Source: Squalus acanthias
Lineage: Eukaryota
Direction of reading: 5' to 3'
Assembly (NCBI GenBank): GCA_030390025.1
Contig: CM059432.1
Span: 55,306,001-55,370,000 of the forward strand
Length of the DNA: 64,000 nucleotides
Translations under genes and position numbers: made by a program
Shown here: piece after piece, positions 24,378 through 37,568 of the stretch
Numbering within the stretch: position 1 is the first letter of the stretch
Layout: the number at the start of each line of letters is the position of its first letter
The notes under the pieces: model-generated
What the model was told of the DNA's origin: nothing
Database searches by the model: none
Seen by the model: the letters and a program-made list of their open reading frames with translations, nothing else

Positions 24378-26812
24378 ATTGTCTTGAGCATCCTGACCAG
24401 ACATCTCCTACCCCCAGCAGCCATGTAATCTCCTGGGATTAAAAAAGAACAGGAAAAAAACCAAAGGGAAAAAAAGATGGTTCAGGGATGTATCACTTGA
24501 AAAGGTCAGACGGTGACATAAATTGCAGAACTGATGTGTGAGTAATTTATAATCAACCAAACCGTGAGAATATGTTACCGATTTTAAAAAAATCCTCCCA
24601 AACGTTCTTTCTTAAAATATATATGTGCATATAACTATTTCAGAACTTTACACTCATTCTTTTCTCTAACTACCTAACCACGATGGCTACTGAGTTTTTC
24701 TTTGCAGCTCCATGTTACAAGAGAACAAGTGAGTGCATTTCGCAATATTATGAAATCCAAACATGGTTGAAATAGGGATGAGCTGAGTTTTTTAGATCAA
24801 AAAGCAAGACACTTGGCTTTGCACAGTGTACGTACTGTAGAATATACTCTCTGTATTGTTTGTAACTACCACTTGGAACCTTGAAAATAAATTATTAGCG
24901 TTTAAAAGTTTAATGATCCTTAACTTTGATAATAAAAAGAGCTAAAATAGATCAACAGTTTTTAAAATGCAAGTGGAGTGCTGAGTTAGGAAATGGTGTG
25001 AACTACACCTAGGTTCAGTCCCTGATCTGTGCTGAGATCACCTTAGCACAGAACCGGGACACAGAGGGCTTACACATGGAAAGTCAACAGTTGGGGGAGG
25101 TAGCCAGTACCCATTGATCCCATTCTAGCCTTAGTCAACATTCCAACAGGATTAGATGAAGAGGCGTGGGAGGAGGCTTGTGTGGAGCATAAACACTGCC
25201 ATAGTTCCTCTGCTGTACACTCGATATAATTCTATGTAATACATAGGAAGATGAAAAGAGAAAATTAGAATTTTGTTTCCATTTAGAACTGGTACTGTTC
25301 TGCAAAACTACCCCTTACAGTACACCATAATTCTCAGTTGTGATTTTTTATTATGAATGCCATTAGAATTCATTGCTACTGGAATGCCTTTAATTAAATT
25401 ATAAGCTATGCCCCCCTGCCTGTGTCAATCATCACAAAATGCTGCAGTGATTTTCTATTACACTGTATTCTTTATCCAACTTAAACCTTGTAAAGTGCTT
25501 TTGTCTTGAGCTACTAAATCTGTTTTGGGGCAGTACTCTTTTTGTAAATTAAAATTGTTTTATTTTCTGAAAACTAATAGTTTATTCAGCGTCTACAAAG
25601 CATAATTTTGAGACACTAAAACCCTTTTAACTCCAGGAGGGGATCGGGGGGGGCAGTGCGAGCAACAAGCTCCCGTGACGCTGCCAGTGTGAGGCCCGGG
25701 CGATTTTAATTTCTGGGCCTCATTTTAATATGATTGACGGGATGCCCACTCAATCACGTTGCCTCGGGAAACAGGCAGCCAGCCCATTTTCTCTGCACAA
25801 TCTCTTGTGTGTGCTTCCCGAGGCCTATTTAAAGTGATAAAGCAGCTCTTAAAATGAGGTTTCATTCCCTGCTTTCACATTTCACTGTTATACTGCTGCA
25901 AGGAAGGGACTCTCTAAAATGACTGCCCTTAGGTTTTCAGCTACTTCTGGGCAAGGAAGCTCCCCAGCATCTACAAAAGCATCCCCAGAGCCACTATCCA
26001 GCTGGGCTGGACAGAGGTGGCTGAGAGAGTCAATGCCAGTAGCATCACCCCGAGGACCTGGCTACAATGTCCTGGGGTGCTCCTCCTGGCCCCACATTCA
26101 GGTAAGTATTTTTTAACAAATTTACCTTTTTGGTGGCAGCCTGCAGTCATCCCTTTAAGGACTTCCTGTAGGCCATATGTAGACCTGATTTTCTTAAATG
26201 CACTGGCTGCCCCAGGGCAAACTAATATCGCAGAGGGGGCCTCAAACAGGCATACTAGGCCCCTTATTTGTATATGCAAAGATCCTCTCACTTGTTTCAG
26301 GCACGGGCCCATGACACCTATTTTTTTTGCCTACACCATTGTTGCAGGCGGCGCTCTTCAGGCTTGTAATGATAGTGCACTTCCTGCCCACTAAATTGGA
26401 GGTTTAGCCGTTCGTTCAGCACCCGTAAAATGTGTGCAGCGCCACTGAATTTCTAGGCCATTGGGCTTAGAATTCAAACCTGAAAACCCCTAATTACAGC
26501 ACTAAGCATAATGCCCAATACGCCACGGTAATATCAAAACCACAAAATGTAAAACGTTATTTCAGTAAGAGACAAATGTAACGTGGAAAGTGGTCCTGAT
26601 TTGGGAGGACAATCCCAATAATTAATTTTAAAATCGTAATCTTTCTCACTAGAGGATTTTTTTTAAATGCCTGTTTGTCTTCCCAGTTTAGAATTGTACT
26701 GAGAATTCTGAATCTGCTAAATCTGAGGTTTTACAAATTAAAAATTAACATTTGTTTCTGCAATGGAGTCACCCACATTACTTACAGTGTCACTTTGTAT
26801 AACTGGTTCTAG

Positions 26813-26925
26813 ACTCCCAGAACATATTGTGCAGCCAACACAGAAGATTTGGAAACAGTCATTTCACATGTGCAGAAAACAGTTACAGAAGCTCCACTGA
26901 TGGCAGCTGGAGTCTCTATGGGCGG
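26813..26925 (+). CDS. abhd3: ABHD3 coding exon 5 (catalytic Ser)
   Basis: Acceptor TTCTAG, then TPRTYCAANTEDLETVISHVQKTVTEAPLMAAGVSMG(G), containing the GxSxG nucleophile motif; donor GTGAG; 113 nt. Confidence 0.95.
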
Positions 26926-27121
26926 GTGAGTCCCCCATCATCAATATGAGAACACAAGACGTAGACAAGTGCATCATAATGTGTGGTGAAATTCAAAGCT
27001 TATAAAATTAAAGCAGATGATCTAAGGAATTGCAGATGGATTTTAATGTAGATAAAAATGGTCATGCATATTGGAATAGGAAACAGCAAAGGTAGAGAAG
27101 GAAACCATTTAAAAAAAAAAG

Positions 27122-27450
27122 GAACAACTTGCATTTATATGGCATCTTATCATGTCACTTGAGGCATCATAAAGTGCTTCATGTGATGAATTACTTTGAA
27201 GAGCAGTCACTTTTGTTATGTAAGCGAAACACAGCAGCCATTTTGCGCACAGCAAGGTCCCACAAAAGGCAATGAGATGAATGAGGGAAGAGTATTGGCC
27301 AGAACAACGGGAGAACGACAGCCGCTTTTCTTCAAATAATGCCATGGGTCTTTAACATCCTTGAATAAATAGGCAGGATCTTAGTTTAACTTCTCATGCA
27401 AAGGATAGCACCTCTGACAATGCAGCACTCTTGCAGTACAGCGCTGAAGT
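27122..27450 (-). mobile_element. DeuSINE-like SINE (SacSINE1/AmnSINE1-type Deu domain, L2-like tail)
   Basis: CAACTTGCATTTATAT tail plus Deu-like core (CTTCAAATAATGCCATGGG...GTTTAACTTCTCAT...GCACCTCTGACAATGCAGCACTC). Recognised from memory, not by search. Confidence 0.6.
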
Positions 27451-28196
27451 GGTCTCACATTTAACAATTCTCTTTTTACTGATATATTTGTAGAATACTT
27501 AACTGTTCTTTGTCATTTTTAAGATTCTCTTCTCATACTTCCTCTTTGTTGCTTTATCCTTCTCTTAACCTCTTTCCTTATTTTCTTGTATCTCTCTTAT
27601 TTTTATCATTTTTATTACACTTATAGGCACCATATGCCCTCCTCTTCTATTTTAACTTTTCTTACCTCTTTATTCACCTTGAAACGAAGTAGTCTTTTTT
27701 ATTAAGCAGTATGGTATATATTAATTCCACACTTTTGCAATCTCCTTTTTAAAAACATCGTATTCTTGGATGCTGCCATCGGAAAGGTAAGTTGTGTGTG
27801 CCAATTTCTCTTTCCACTTCTCATCTTTCTAAAATCTGCTCTATGTGGTGTACTTGGTTTTTGTACCATCTCTTTTCCTTTCTATTAGGACATTAAACAA
27901 CATAATTTATGATTACTACTCCTGAGGTGCTCACTCACATTTAACTCATCTACCTGATTTAAATTTTTGAAATCCTAGATTTCACATTGTTCAAGTCCAG
28001 CAAGGGAAGAAATCTTATGTGAGGTTATTATAGGCTGGAGCAGGAGCCAATCAATGGCTAGGCGCTGACTGAAGTTATCAGAGACCATTGATCTCATTTA
28101 TCAGCAATAAGTGAAACCCTGTCATTGCCATAAAATTATTCAGACCTGCTGTGATTTGTTGTCAATTGTTGAATTGTCATTTCAGCTTGCTTTTGA

Positions 28197-30486
28197 TGCT
28201 AGAGATTGGATTGTGGTGCGGTAGTTTTGCAGATATAAAATGAGTGCTGTACCTGTGAGATTCGTGTGGCTCTGTGCAGCCTGGATGCTAGTGCGAGTTT
28301 AGGCCTTATTGCCTGTTCTGGTCTCCAGCCAGTCTGGGAGCACTAGACACCTGTGAGTGGTTCGACCCACTCGCCCTTACGGTTCTGACACTGGACTTAG
28401 ATGCGAGAGCAGTAATGGAGATAAAATTCAGGTAGACCCGGTTGAATGGTACGAAATGGAAAATCTTTATTGCATATTATTTAAGATTACGAAATACATG
28501 TCATAAGCACAGATTAATGACAGTACAATCTTACACGCAGTTATGTAGCTAATTTCAGGGAAACGAGGAACGAACGACACATCGTAAATGGGGGCACACA
28601 TTACAATTATCCTTAAAACTTAAACCCTCCCCTATCAATATCTGCCCTAAGCTAGATTTGTAGGATCGAGACTCATGCTCACCACTCGTGATAACTCGGA
28701 GAATTCCGAAAACTCTGATCGGATGTTTTTCACCGCAGCACCCACGTGTCGATCAGGGGGTCTCTGTACCCCACTTGTTTACTCGTTTCTGCTCCGGCTA
28801 GCAGGCTGGACCGTCTGCTGTCATGAAGATCTGTGTTGTCCTCGGAGTTCCGACACTACTCAAAAAAGAGTCTTCCTGTGCCCTCGCACTGATGCGATAA
28901 AATTCGAAGAATAGTCTTCCTGGCTGTTCTGTAAAACTCGAAGAAGTCTTCCTGGCAAGGAAAGTGTCTATTCGACCTACAGGCGCGGTCGGAGCTTACT
29001 GACCGTGGCGATACGTATGGTCTTCTTCTCTTCTCATCTCATCTCATCTCATCTCATCTCGGACCTTCGGTTCCAACACCGTTTACCGACTTCTCGGGAT
29101 GGTGCGCCCGCTTCAAGGCTTCAGAGCCCAGTTCCACACAGATCTTCGCGGCACGCCACGAGGTAGATCCGAGCGGATCGTAAAGTTCAACAGTCTTTAT
29201 AAGCTACAAGAGGCAGAGACACGAGGCAGGCGGCAAGGAGTCGAAAGGATAAGAGCAACAGGAGCAGCCACGAGGATAAGAGTCAACCGAATAAGAGGAT
29301 AAGAGAAAGATGGACGGTTGGAGCTTGCAGTTATAGTGCAAAATCTTCCTTTTCCCGCCCAACCTTAATGTCTTTTCTTTTGTTAGGGTTTGGCGCTCAA
29401 ATGTCTTGTATAAGGTGATCTCCATTTTTAATGGGTTTCGGGGATACTCGTAACTGTCTGAGTACCTGTTAATACTTTTCCCATTGTTTAATCGGTCGGT
29501 GTTCTCCCTGGAGGGGTTTTTGGGGCTTCCAAATGTTTTCTGTAACCACCCGCTAACGGCTCTCTCATCGTAGAGTCGTTGGGATTTTACATATTAATGT
29601 CTTTGGATGGGTTCTTGATTACTTGGTACAATAGCCCTTATTCGCACCTGGGAGACAGATTTCAGTATTTACGTGTATACTGCAAACCCATGATGTCTCG
29701 TGTATTATCTTAAATGTGCTGAGTCTTGATCGATCTTGCACAAATGTTTATTGGAACGCCATCTTGTCTGCCTGTCAAAGTCTAGAATGTTCTGCCACGA
29801 GGCGTGGCGGCCATTTTACAAGCTGCTTGTGTCCACTTTGAAAACCTGACAGCATTCTGCTGAAATAAAAGCTGTTTTAACGGAACTATGTGTTTTTCTC
29901 CTTATTTATAAAATCGCGATATATTGCGAATTCTACAGTGCCTAAGGGTCCAATATGCTGGGCAGTGTACACATGCTCATTCTGCACCACCCGTCATATT
30001 GGTAAAGGCTCCTGTATAGGTGGCCAGGGTGCGTGCCTGAAAAAGGTTTTAGGCCCTTTGCATATGCAAATAGAGGGCCTAACCCGTATCTGAGACACTC
30101 CCATGTGCCATGCATGCTGTGGTCAGTATTCTAAGGCGTGGCAGTGAAATCAGCTGTCCTTAAAGGGACCGCTGGATGCTGCCATCAGAAAGGTAAGTTT
30201 TCATTTATTTACTTACCTTATGGTAGTAAGGTAAGTACTGACTCCACTTTAAATTTGCGGGCCACTGCTCCATCCTTACCAATAGCTTCAACCCTCTCTC
30301 CACCCCCGTACTCTCCTTATGATCTTGGTGCCTCTGGGCCATGACTGGTGCCTGCAGCTCGCCGGTAATAAACAAATGAGGCTGGCAGACCAATTTCCTG
30401 TGATCCTGCCACTGGCCTCTTGAGGTGTACAGTGTGCACCACACCGGGATCACGCCCCAATTTGGACATGATCCACTTTCTAGGCC
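28197..30486. mobile_element. MITE hosting the solo LTR
   Basis: Ends GCTAGAGATTGGAT / ATCCACTTTCTAGGCC; right part resembles the reverse complement of 26090-26460. Confidence 0.55.
28248..29937 (-). mobile_element. Solo LTR, 1690 bp
   Basis: TGTA...TACA termini; 4-bp TSD GTGC at 28244-28247 and 29938-29941; minus-strand TATAAA near 29196-29201 and AATAAA at 28466-28471; no long ORF. Confidence 0.72.
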
Positions 30487-31049
30487 TCTGTTTTTTTCTA
30501 CACTGTATCTGATAACATAAACTACGAATATATATTAGGAAAAAAGCGACAAGTGAAAGTTGTGAAAGGTAATCGTATAGATTAAAGAGATCTCCGAATT
30601 CAGTGATATCATAAGCACAATTGCACCACCGGGTCACATGACTCCAATTCTGATCAATATCAGTTGTGGTTTTTTTTATGGTTGTTAATTAATCAGTGAA
30701 AGTCTTATATATGTGATAATTTTGCAAGACTCCAGTGCTGGTGCGGAGCCTCAATAGATGCGCGTGTGGGTCAGAGTTAGGACTCTAACATTGTAGCCCT
30801 AATTCTCCAGCCCACACTCACTGCTACTGAAGCTTCACACCAGCAGGGAACATAAGACATAGGAGTAGGTCATTTGGCCCCTCGAGCCTGCTCCGCCATT
30901 CAATAAGATCATGGCTGAATAAATGTGAGTGTGGGTCTGAGATGGAGCTTTAACGCAATAGCCCCAATTCTCCAATTTACTTATTTGTGCCATATAAATC
31001 AGATACCACCACAGTTGATTCCCTAGCAACACTGAACTAGACCCATTCA

Positions 31050-31257
31050 CTGGAATTCTCTCCCTAAACCTCTCCACCTCTCTCTGTCCTCCTTTACGAC
31101 ACTCCTTAAAACCTACCTCTTTGACCAAGCTTTTGGTCACCTGTCCTAATATCTCCTTGTGTGGCTCAGTGTCAAATTTTATCTGTTAACGCTCCTGTGA
31201 AGCAGCTTGGGGTGTTTTACTATGTTAAAGATGTGATATAAATGCAAGTTGTTGTTG
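31050..31257 (+). mobile_element. L2 3' end
   Basis: High similarity to 7282-7500; (GTT)n tail. Confidence 0.88.
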
Positions 31258-32133
31258 AAATATCATTTAACATGGGCATCCTTTGGAAATGGCGACTATT
31301 GGGAAATGGCATGCAGGATGTCCCTCTCGGATGAATACTAAATTAAAACTCCCACGTGATTGATGGGGAGCTTCCGATACCACTGGTTCTATCCCAGAAC
31401 CTCAGACACAGCACAAAGCCGGCAGAATTCCAGCAGAATAGAACTTTCCACTTTTGGCCCCCTGATTGATGCCAGAGAACGGGCAGCTTTAAAGTGTAAT
31501 GAAGAAATAAAGTTGGCATCTTCCCATTTACTTTCCAGTTTAAATGTAGCCTACAATAAAAATCCATCTGCAAATATATGCAACTGGGACACAAATGAGT
31601 CTGTTCCTGGCTCAGTCATTTCTGGTATAGCAAGTGGTGTTGCATGTGTATCTAATTGTAAGCAACAATTTTTAGTGTGTTATTGTCTCTTGGAAGTGTC
31701 AGTAGGTCTCCGTGCCCCCCCCCCCTCATACATACACCATCCCCTTCTTGGGAGGTGGTTTAAACACAGATGTGCAATCTGTTCCCAGGCTTCTATTAAC
31801 ACCACTCTGAAATAGCTACTAAGATATTTACAGAGTCAGCTGGTGTTGCCTCATCCTCTGATTTTCCCTCGATCAGGGAAAGTGACTCATGAAACGCTTT
31901 CAGATGAGTTTGAGAACTCATCGTGTGAAGTATTTTGGTGAAGAATCTGACTCCTACCAATTCACGGCATAGCACACCAGTACACTTGCAACTGAGGTCA
32001 CCTTAAACACTTAGTTTTTCGGTTCTAACCTAATTCAAATAGGAATCCAATGTATTACTTAAAGCTTAGGTAACACAATAATGAATTGTTAAGCCAACTT
32101 AATAAGCACATCTTCATTTCGTGCCTGATACAG

Positions 32134-32307
32134 AATGCTCCTGTTGAATTACCTGGGTAAGACTGGCCAGCAGACCCCACTGAAAGCAGCAGTAGTCTTC
32201 TCCATTGGCTGGGATGTATTTGAGTGCACGGCTTCCCTTGAAAAACCACTTAACTGGATATTGTTTAATTACTACTTAACCAATTGTCTACAAGCTTCCA
32301 TCTGCAG
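32134..32307 (+). CDS. abhd3: ABHD3 coding exon 6
   Basis: Acceptor ATACAG, then MLLLNYLGKTGQQTPLKAAVVFSIGWDVFECTASLEKPLNWILFNYYLTNCLQASIC(R); donor GTTGGT; 174 nt. Confidence 0.95.
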
Positions 32308-32667
32308 GTTGGTATCTGAGGAGCAGGGAGGGCTTGGTATCACAGTGACTGATAACAGTGGCATTTCCTATAATCAGTATTGGAATGGGTTTGCTTTTCT
32401 TGCTATCATTATGCAGTCAAATATTAAAATTAAAGTTCGAATAATACCAGGGAGGACTGTTAGAATTAATTACAAGTCCGATGTTACGGGTGATCATTGT
32501 GGCTGCGTTACACAGGGGTTCTGTTCAAGAGGTACTGTTCTCCAGTCTAAAAGTAGAACAGCCATTTTCATGTTTTAATTCACCAATGAAACCAAGAGAG
32601 CCTATGATATGATGATATGGCATCCTTTCTGCTGGACAGTAGTTTATTAACACCTTAGAGGCCAAAT

Positions 32668-32841
32668 GGTAGAAATTACTGTTTGCAATATGAAAGCTTA
32701 ATGTATCTGTGCCAAATCCTGCTCTCCCCTATTTTAATGAAGGCATTAACCAGTTAATGTCTCTGTTAAAATATCGGAGAGGAGAACTTGTCACAATCGT
32801 TAGGCTTTTACACAATAACATTGCCAACAGTAATTTCTACC
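32668..32841. mobile_element. Fold-back MITE
   Basis: TIR GGTAGAAATTACTGTT / AACAGTAATTTCTACC with imperfect internal dyad symmetry centred near 32752. Confidence 0.7.
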
Positions 32842-34127
32842 TCATCTTTTAGTGATGCAAGGCTGAATTTTAGATACAGATTTGCTCTGATGATCTTTCA
32901 GATGAGTTCAGTTGCCATTTCGCTGTGACCTCCTTTGATACAGAGGTTATGCAACACATTACTTTCATTTACACTATTAAATTAATTTCTCCTTAGAAGT
33001 CCTTAATCCTCAGGGAGGGATTAGTGATGATAGCAGATTTTTGGCTGCATCAAATATTTAATTAGACACATTTAAAGAGTTTTCATGGAAAATAAACTTG
33101 CATCATCTAAACAGTTTGAAACTGTTTCTTAAACCAGCCTGAATAATTGAGTTAACCTTAGAACCTTCCACATAATTTCTTCTACATTTCATTTCTAATA
33201 AACTAATGAAATGATATTCAGACTTTAATGCAAAGAGTGCTCATATCTTCAGTGCATTGGATGGAATGTTTACTGAGACTATCTCACCTAAAGGAGTATG
33301 TTTGTGTGTGTGTGCTAGGCCGATGTAGCAGAGCCTGGTCGCCAATCGTCTTGGAACCCCTTGCCATTGGACCAAGACCTTGCTCTGTCAAGCCTGTGTG
33401 GTAGCTGATGTGCAATGGCCACCCCACGTTAAAAGAATTCATGCACAGGCATCTTCCACCCTTTAAAATGAAGTTTGGGACCTGGAAAGGAACAACTGAC
33501 TTTCAATTGAAAGCCCCTAATTGAAATAAGTAAATCTCCCCTTGGTATCAGCATAGAGGAAGCTGCAGAGAGTCCCACTTTTTTGGGAGAGAGTGCCTGC
33601 GTTTAATTTGTTTTTTACCTGTATCTGTACGTGTAGGTCAGTGTGGGGTCCACAGCATCAATTTTTAATCAGCATAGAGGTGGTTAATTGCCTATGTGCT
33701 TCTAACAAATGAATGTTATCATTTAATTATGCTTAAATGACTTGATTGCACACAAATCATTTTATAATCTTTAAGCCCTAGACAATTTTCAACTTTTTTT
33801 TCTTGTTTACCCCTTCTCTCCTTAAAAGTGATGGCTTAGAAATTGGATATGGTCTGAAAATGGGCAGTGTCATGAGCCAGCGATATTTGGCTGTCCCGTT
33901 CAAAGTGGTGCAGGCAGCACGCAAAATTCATGCTGCCTGCTCATTTACATGATTGGAGTGCTGGTCCCAGCGCTAAACACGCTACTGATCGGCTTAGTGC
34001 TCTCAACAGGTGGGCTAATATCGGGTGCACTCTAATGGCCAGCAATGTTTGGCCTAGTCTCTCTCCACTACTTAAAGGGGAGGTGCTTTGATGCAGCAGC
34101 ACTTCATTGTCATTGGAGTTTGAAGAG

Positions 34128-36301
34128 ATGGCTCAGCAACAAGAGCAGCAACACAGAGAACGAGCCAGAAGATTCTCCGATACGGCTCTCGAGGCATTGG
34201 TCGTGGCAGGGTGGCAGGAATCCATCAAAGCCCACTTGCAGAAGGCTCTGGCAAGAGATAGCTGCATAAGTCACGGCCAACAGTGTTGTGCCGCGGACCT
34301 GGATCCAATGCCGAAAGAAGTTTAATGACCTCACATGGCAGGTCAAGGTGAGTGAAGGCTTCAGCAAATGTCATATCCCACCATCTGCACCACAAGCCTC
34401 ACACACTGCTCAATGCAATGCATCCCCATCGCTCACCTTCCAACAATCTCTACCTATCACCATTCATACCACACAATCATAGCTTCACTTCTCCCTCACA
34501 AGCTTACCACTCCTGCAACACTCACACCCACATCTCACACCTTGCACACACTGACAGCTATTCAACTATGGCAGGCACATCACCCAACACATTACACTAC
34601 ACTCACTGACACACTTCCCTTTCTCTTGAAGGCCAAGGTGGCTCACAAGAGCCAGGAGCAGCAGCAGATGGGAGGTGGTTAAGCCGCTTCAGAGACCTTG
34701 AGCCAACTGGAGGAGATGGTGCTCGATATCATTGGCGGGGAAGTCACCGAGGCCGTGGCAACGGGCCAAGTTGAAGCTCTTGGGGACGATAACGGTATGC
34801 TTATTCCTAATCCTGCTTCTCACATCCCATTTCCCCCTCATCCCACAACCTCTTCTCACTTACAAGCTGCTAATGGTTTATGCATGGATATCTTGCTTTC
34901 CCCCCCTCCCCACACCACAACCTGACTCTTGTGCCTTTCTGATTTCAGATAACCAAGAACTGCCCGAAGTCATGGAGGAGAGTGGTGATGAAGAAGACAT
35001 ACCATCACTGCATCTGACACTTGCTGACACCAGCTCAGAAAATGGCACTGCGCGGAATTTAGAGGGGGATAGATAGAGTGGATGTTCAGAGACTATTTCC
35101 TCGGGTAGAGGCAGCTGTTACAAGGGGGCATAACTATCAGGTGCATGGGGGGAGATATAGAAGGGATGTCCGAGGTAGATTCTTTACTCAGAGAGTGGTT
35201 GGTGTGTGGAATGGACTGCCTGCTGTGATAGTGGAGTCGGACACTTTAGGAACTTTCAAGCGGTTATTGGATAAGCACATGGAGCACACCAGAGTGATAG
35301 GGAGTGTGATAGCTTGATCTTGGTCTCGGACAATGCTCGGCACAACATCGAGGGCCGAAGGGCCTGTACTGTGCTGTACTGTTCTATGTTCTATGGTAGT
35401 ATAGAGGCGGGATCTGCACATGGGGAGGCACCGGACACGAGTGGCCTGCGACAAGTCCAGGGGGAAAGGGTAGCTCGGGGTCCAGCTCCCCAGAGGGTGA
35501 GTTCATGCACGAGTTCTGCTGCACATAACTCAGACGATGACCTCGATAGGGTGGCCTTCAGAAGAATGATGATGGGCATGCACAGCAAAACCCTAGGTGC
35601 AATAGCAAGCCTGCCAGAGAGCCTCTTGTTAGTGTCAAGGAGCATGGAGGAGTCCGGCTCCAACTTTGGACGGGGTTTTGCACAGAGCTTGGAACCCATG
35701 ATTTCCAGGATGGAAATGATGGACAACTCCAGGAGAGACCTTGTCGACCCAGCCACGATGCTGCGTCTGAAGGGTGATGTCGTGGCTTCCATTGCAGCAC
35801 AGGTGGAAGCAACCCAACATCTCACTGCTGCAGTGGAAGCTCAGACTGCTGCCACCGTCACTGGGTTTACGAGTCTCGAAAGGGGCTTTCAGAGTGTCGC
35901 AACAGGCCAGCAATCTGTCTTCCAACAGATTGCTAGGAATGCTGAGGCACCGCCCCGGGGAGTGGCAGTGGCTCCGTGGAGCAAGAACCTGCTGTCCTCC
36001 CTCAGGACGACAGCATTCCTATTCCCACCACTGCCACCCTGCCATTGCCCTTGCCGCTACCTATCAGCCAGCCAGCCCAGACTGCTGCCACCCATGCCGA
36101 GGTGGTGCAGTCTACAGCCAGGCCTTCTAGGTCCACAGCTGGTCGAGGTTGTCCTGCAAGGCCATCTGTAGTCTTCCCCACGGAAACTCAGCAGACTTCC
36201 AGCAGTCATGCTGCAGCCACTGGGGGAGCACTGCGTAGGAACACTAGAGTAGGAAAGGACACACGAACGACAGGCACTAAGGGACTGCACAAGGCTGATT
36301 A
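34128..36301 (+). pseudogene. Harbinger Myb/SANT-like DNA-binding protein, 3 exons (34128-34347, 34632-34794, 34949-36301)
   Basis: RERARRFSDTALEAL..PRTWIQCRKKFNDL; GT-AG junctions match the copy at 61.4-63.2 kb; frameshifts, stops and a CR1 insertion. Confidence 0.8.
35068..35397 (+). mobile_element. CR1 3' fragment inside the Harbinger Myb gene
   Basis: TRGH..FFTQRVVGVWNGLP; tail CTGTTCTATGTTCTATG. Confidence 0.88.
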
Positions 36302-36474
36302 ATTCATATTGTAATGTTAATTGAATACTAATAAATTTATTAATTATGTTTGGAATGTTTGTTTTATGGTGGCTCTCATTTCAGCTTTGTGCCCAGGAGG
36401 ACGCTGTGAAGATCCGTGACAGAGGGATGGCATGATGGGGATGTGGTGAGCAACGGGGATCTGGGGTTTCATTT

Positions 36475-37568
36475 ATGCAAATCGGAATCTGATGAGCATT
36501 CACGGACAGCCCGTGTGGAAGGGGGATTTGCTTCTTGCCTCCCCTTATCCTCATCCTCGTCCTGAGGTGGTCCCGTAATCCCTGCTGGCAAGGGCAGCAC
36601 CCTGATGATGGCATACAGCAGACCACCACGAGATGGGACACCCGCTCCGGCGAGTACTGGAAGGCTCTTCCCAAGCGGTCAAGGCAGCGGAACCATTGCT
36701 TCAGCAGCCCGATGGTCTGCTGAATGATGTTCCTGGTGGCAGCATGGCTCTCATTATATCAGTGCTGGGTAGGAGTGGTGAGGTTGCAGAGGGGAGTCAT
36801 GAGCCAGGTGGAGAGCGGATAGCCCTTTTCTGCGAGCATCCACCCTCTGGTTTGACATGGTGGCTGGAAGATTGCTGGCACAGCGGACTGGTGAAGGATG
36901 AAGGCATCATGACTGCTGCCAGGATAGCGGGCATTGACCATCAGGATGCACTGGGCATGGATGCACAATAACTGCACATTAAGTGAGTGGTAGTCTTTGC
37001 AGTTACGGAAGATCTCAGGATTGGTATACAGCGCCTGCAAAGCCACAGTCAATGGCGCCTTACACCATGGGGAAGCCCGCTATCCAGGCAAAGTCATATG
37101 AATGCTCGTCCTGCTTCTCTCTGTTCAGAAGGAGTCCCTTCTCGTGGTGTAGAGAGCCTCTGTGACCTCCCAGATGCAGCGATGGATGGCGAACTGGGAG
37201 ATGTTAGTTATGTCTCCTGCTGCAGACTGAAAGGATCCGCTGGTGAAGAAATTGAGGACTATGGTGATCTTGAGGGCCACTGTGAGAGCTGTGTCGCTCT
37301 GCTCTGAGGCTGCAGGTCTGCTTGCAGGAGGTGGCAGAGTTCTGTGACCACCTCCTTGGTGAAGCGTAGCCTCCTAATACACTGCTCCTCGCTTAAGTGG
37401 ATATAAGAGAAGTGCTCTCGGAAGACCTTAGGTGGTTAAGGCCTCCTGTTGAGAGCCCTCCTCCTCCTCCTCCTCCCTCTGCGCGCATCTTCTCCTCTTC
37501 TTCGCTGCCTCTGCTCCCTCTCCCAAAGATACACGAGCGTGAGGAGGACTGCCAGTAGAGGCCCCATG
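36475..37568 (-). pseudogene. Harbinger (HARBI1-like DDE) transposase
   Basis: Fragments YHSLNVQLLC, ARYPGSSHDAFIL, GWMLAEKGYPL..WLMTP, LKQWFRCLD, QYSPERV across several frames. Confidence 0.9.
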
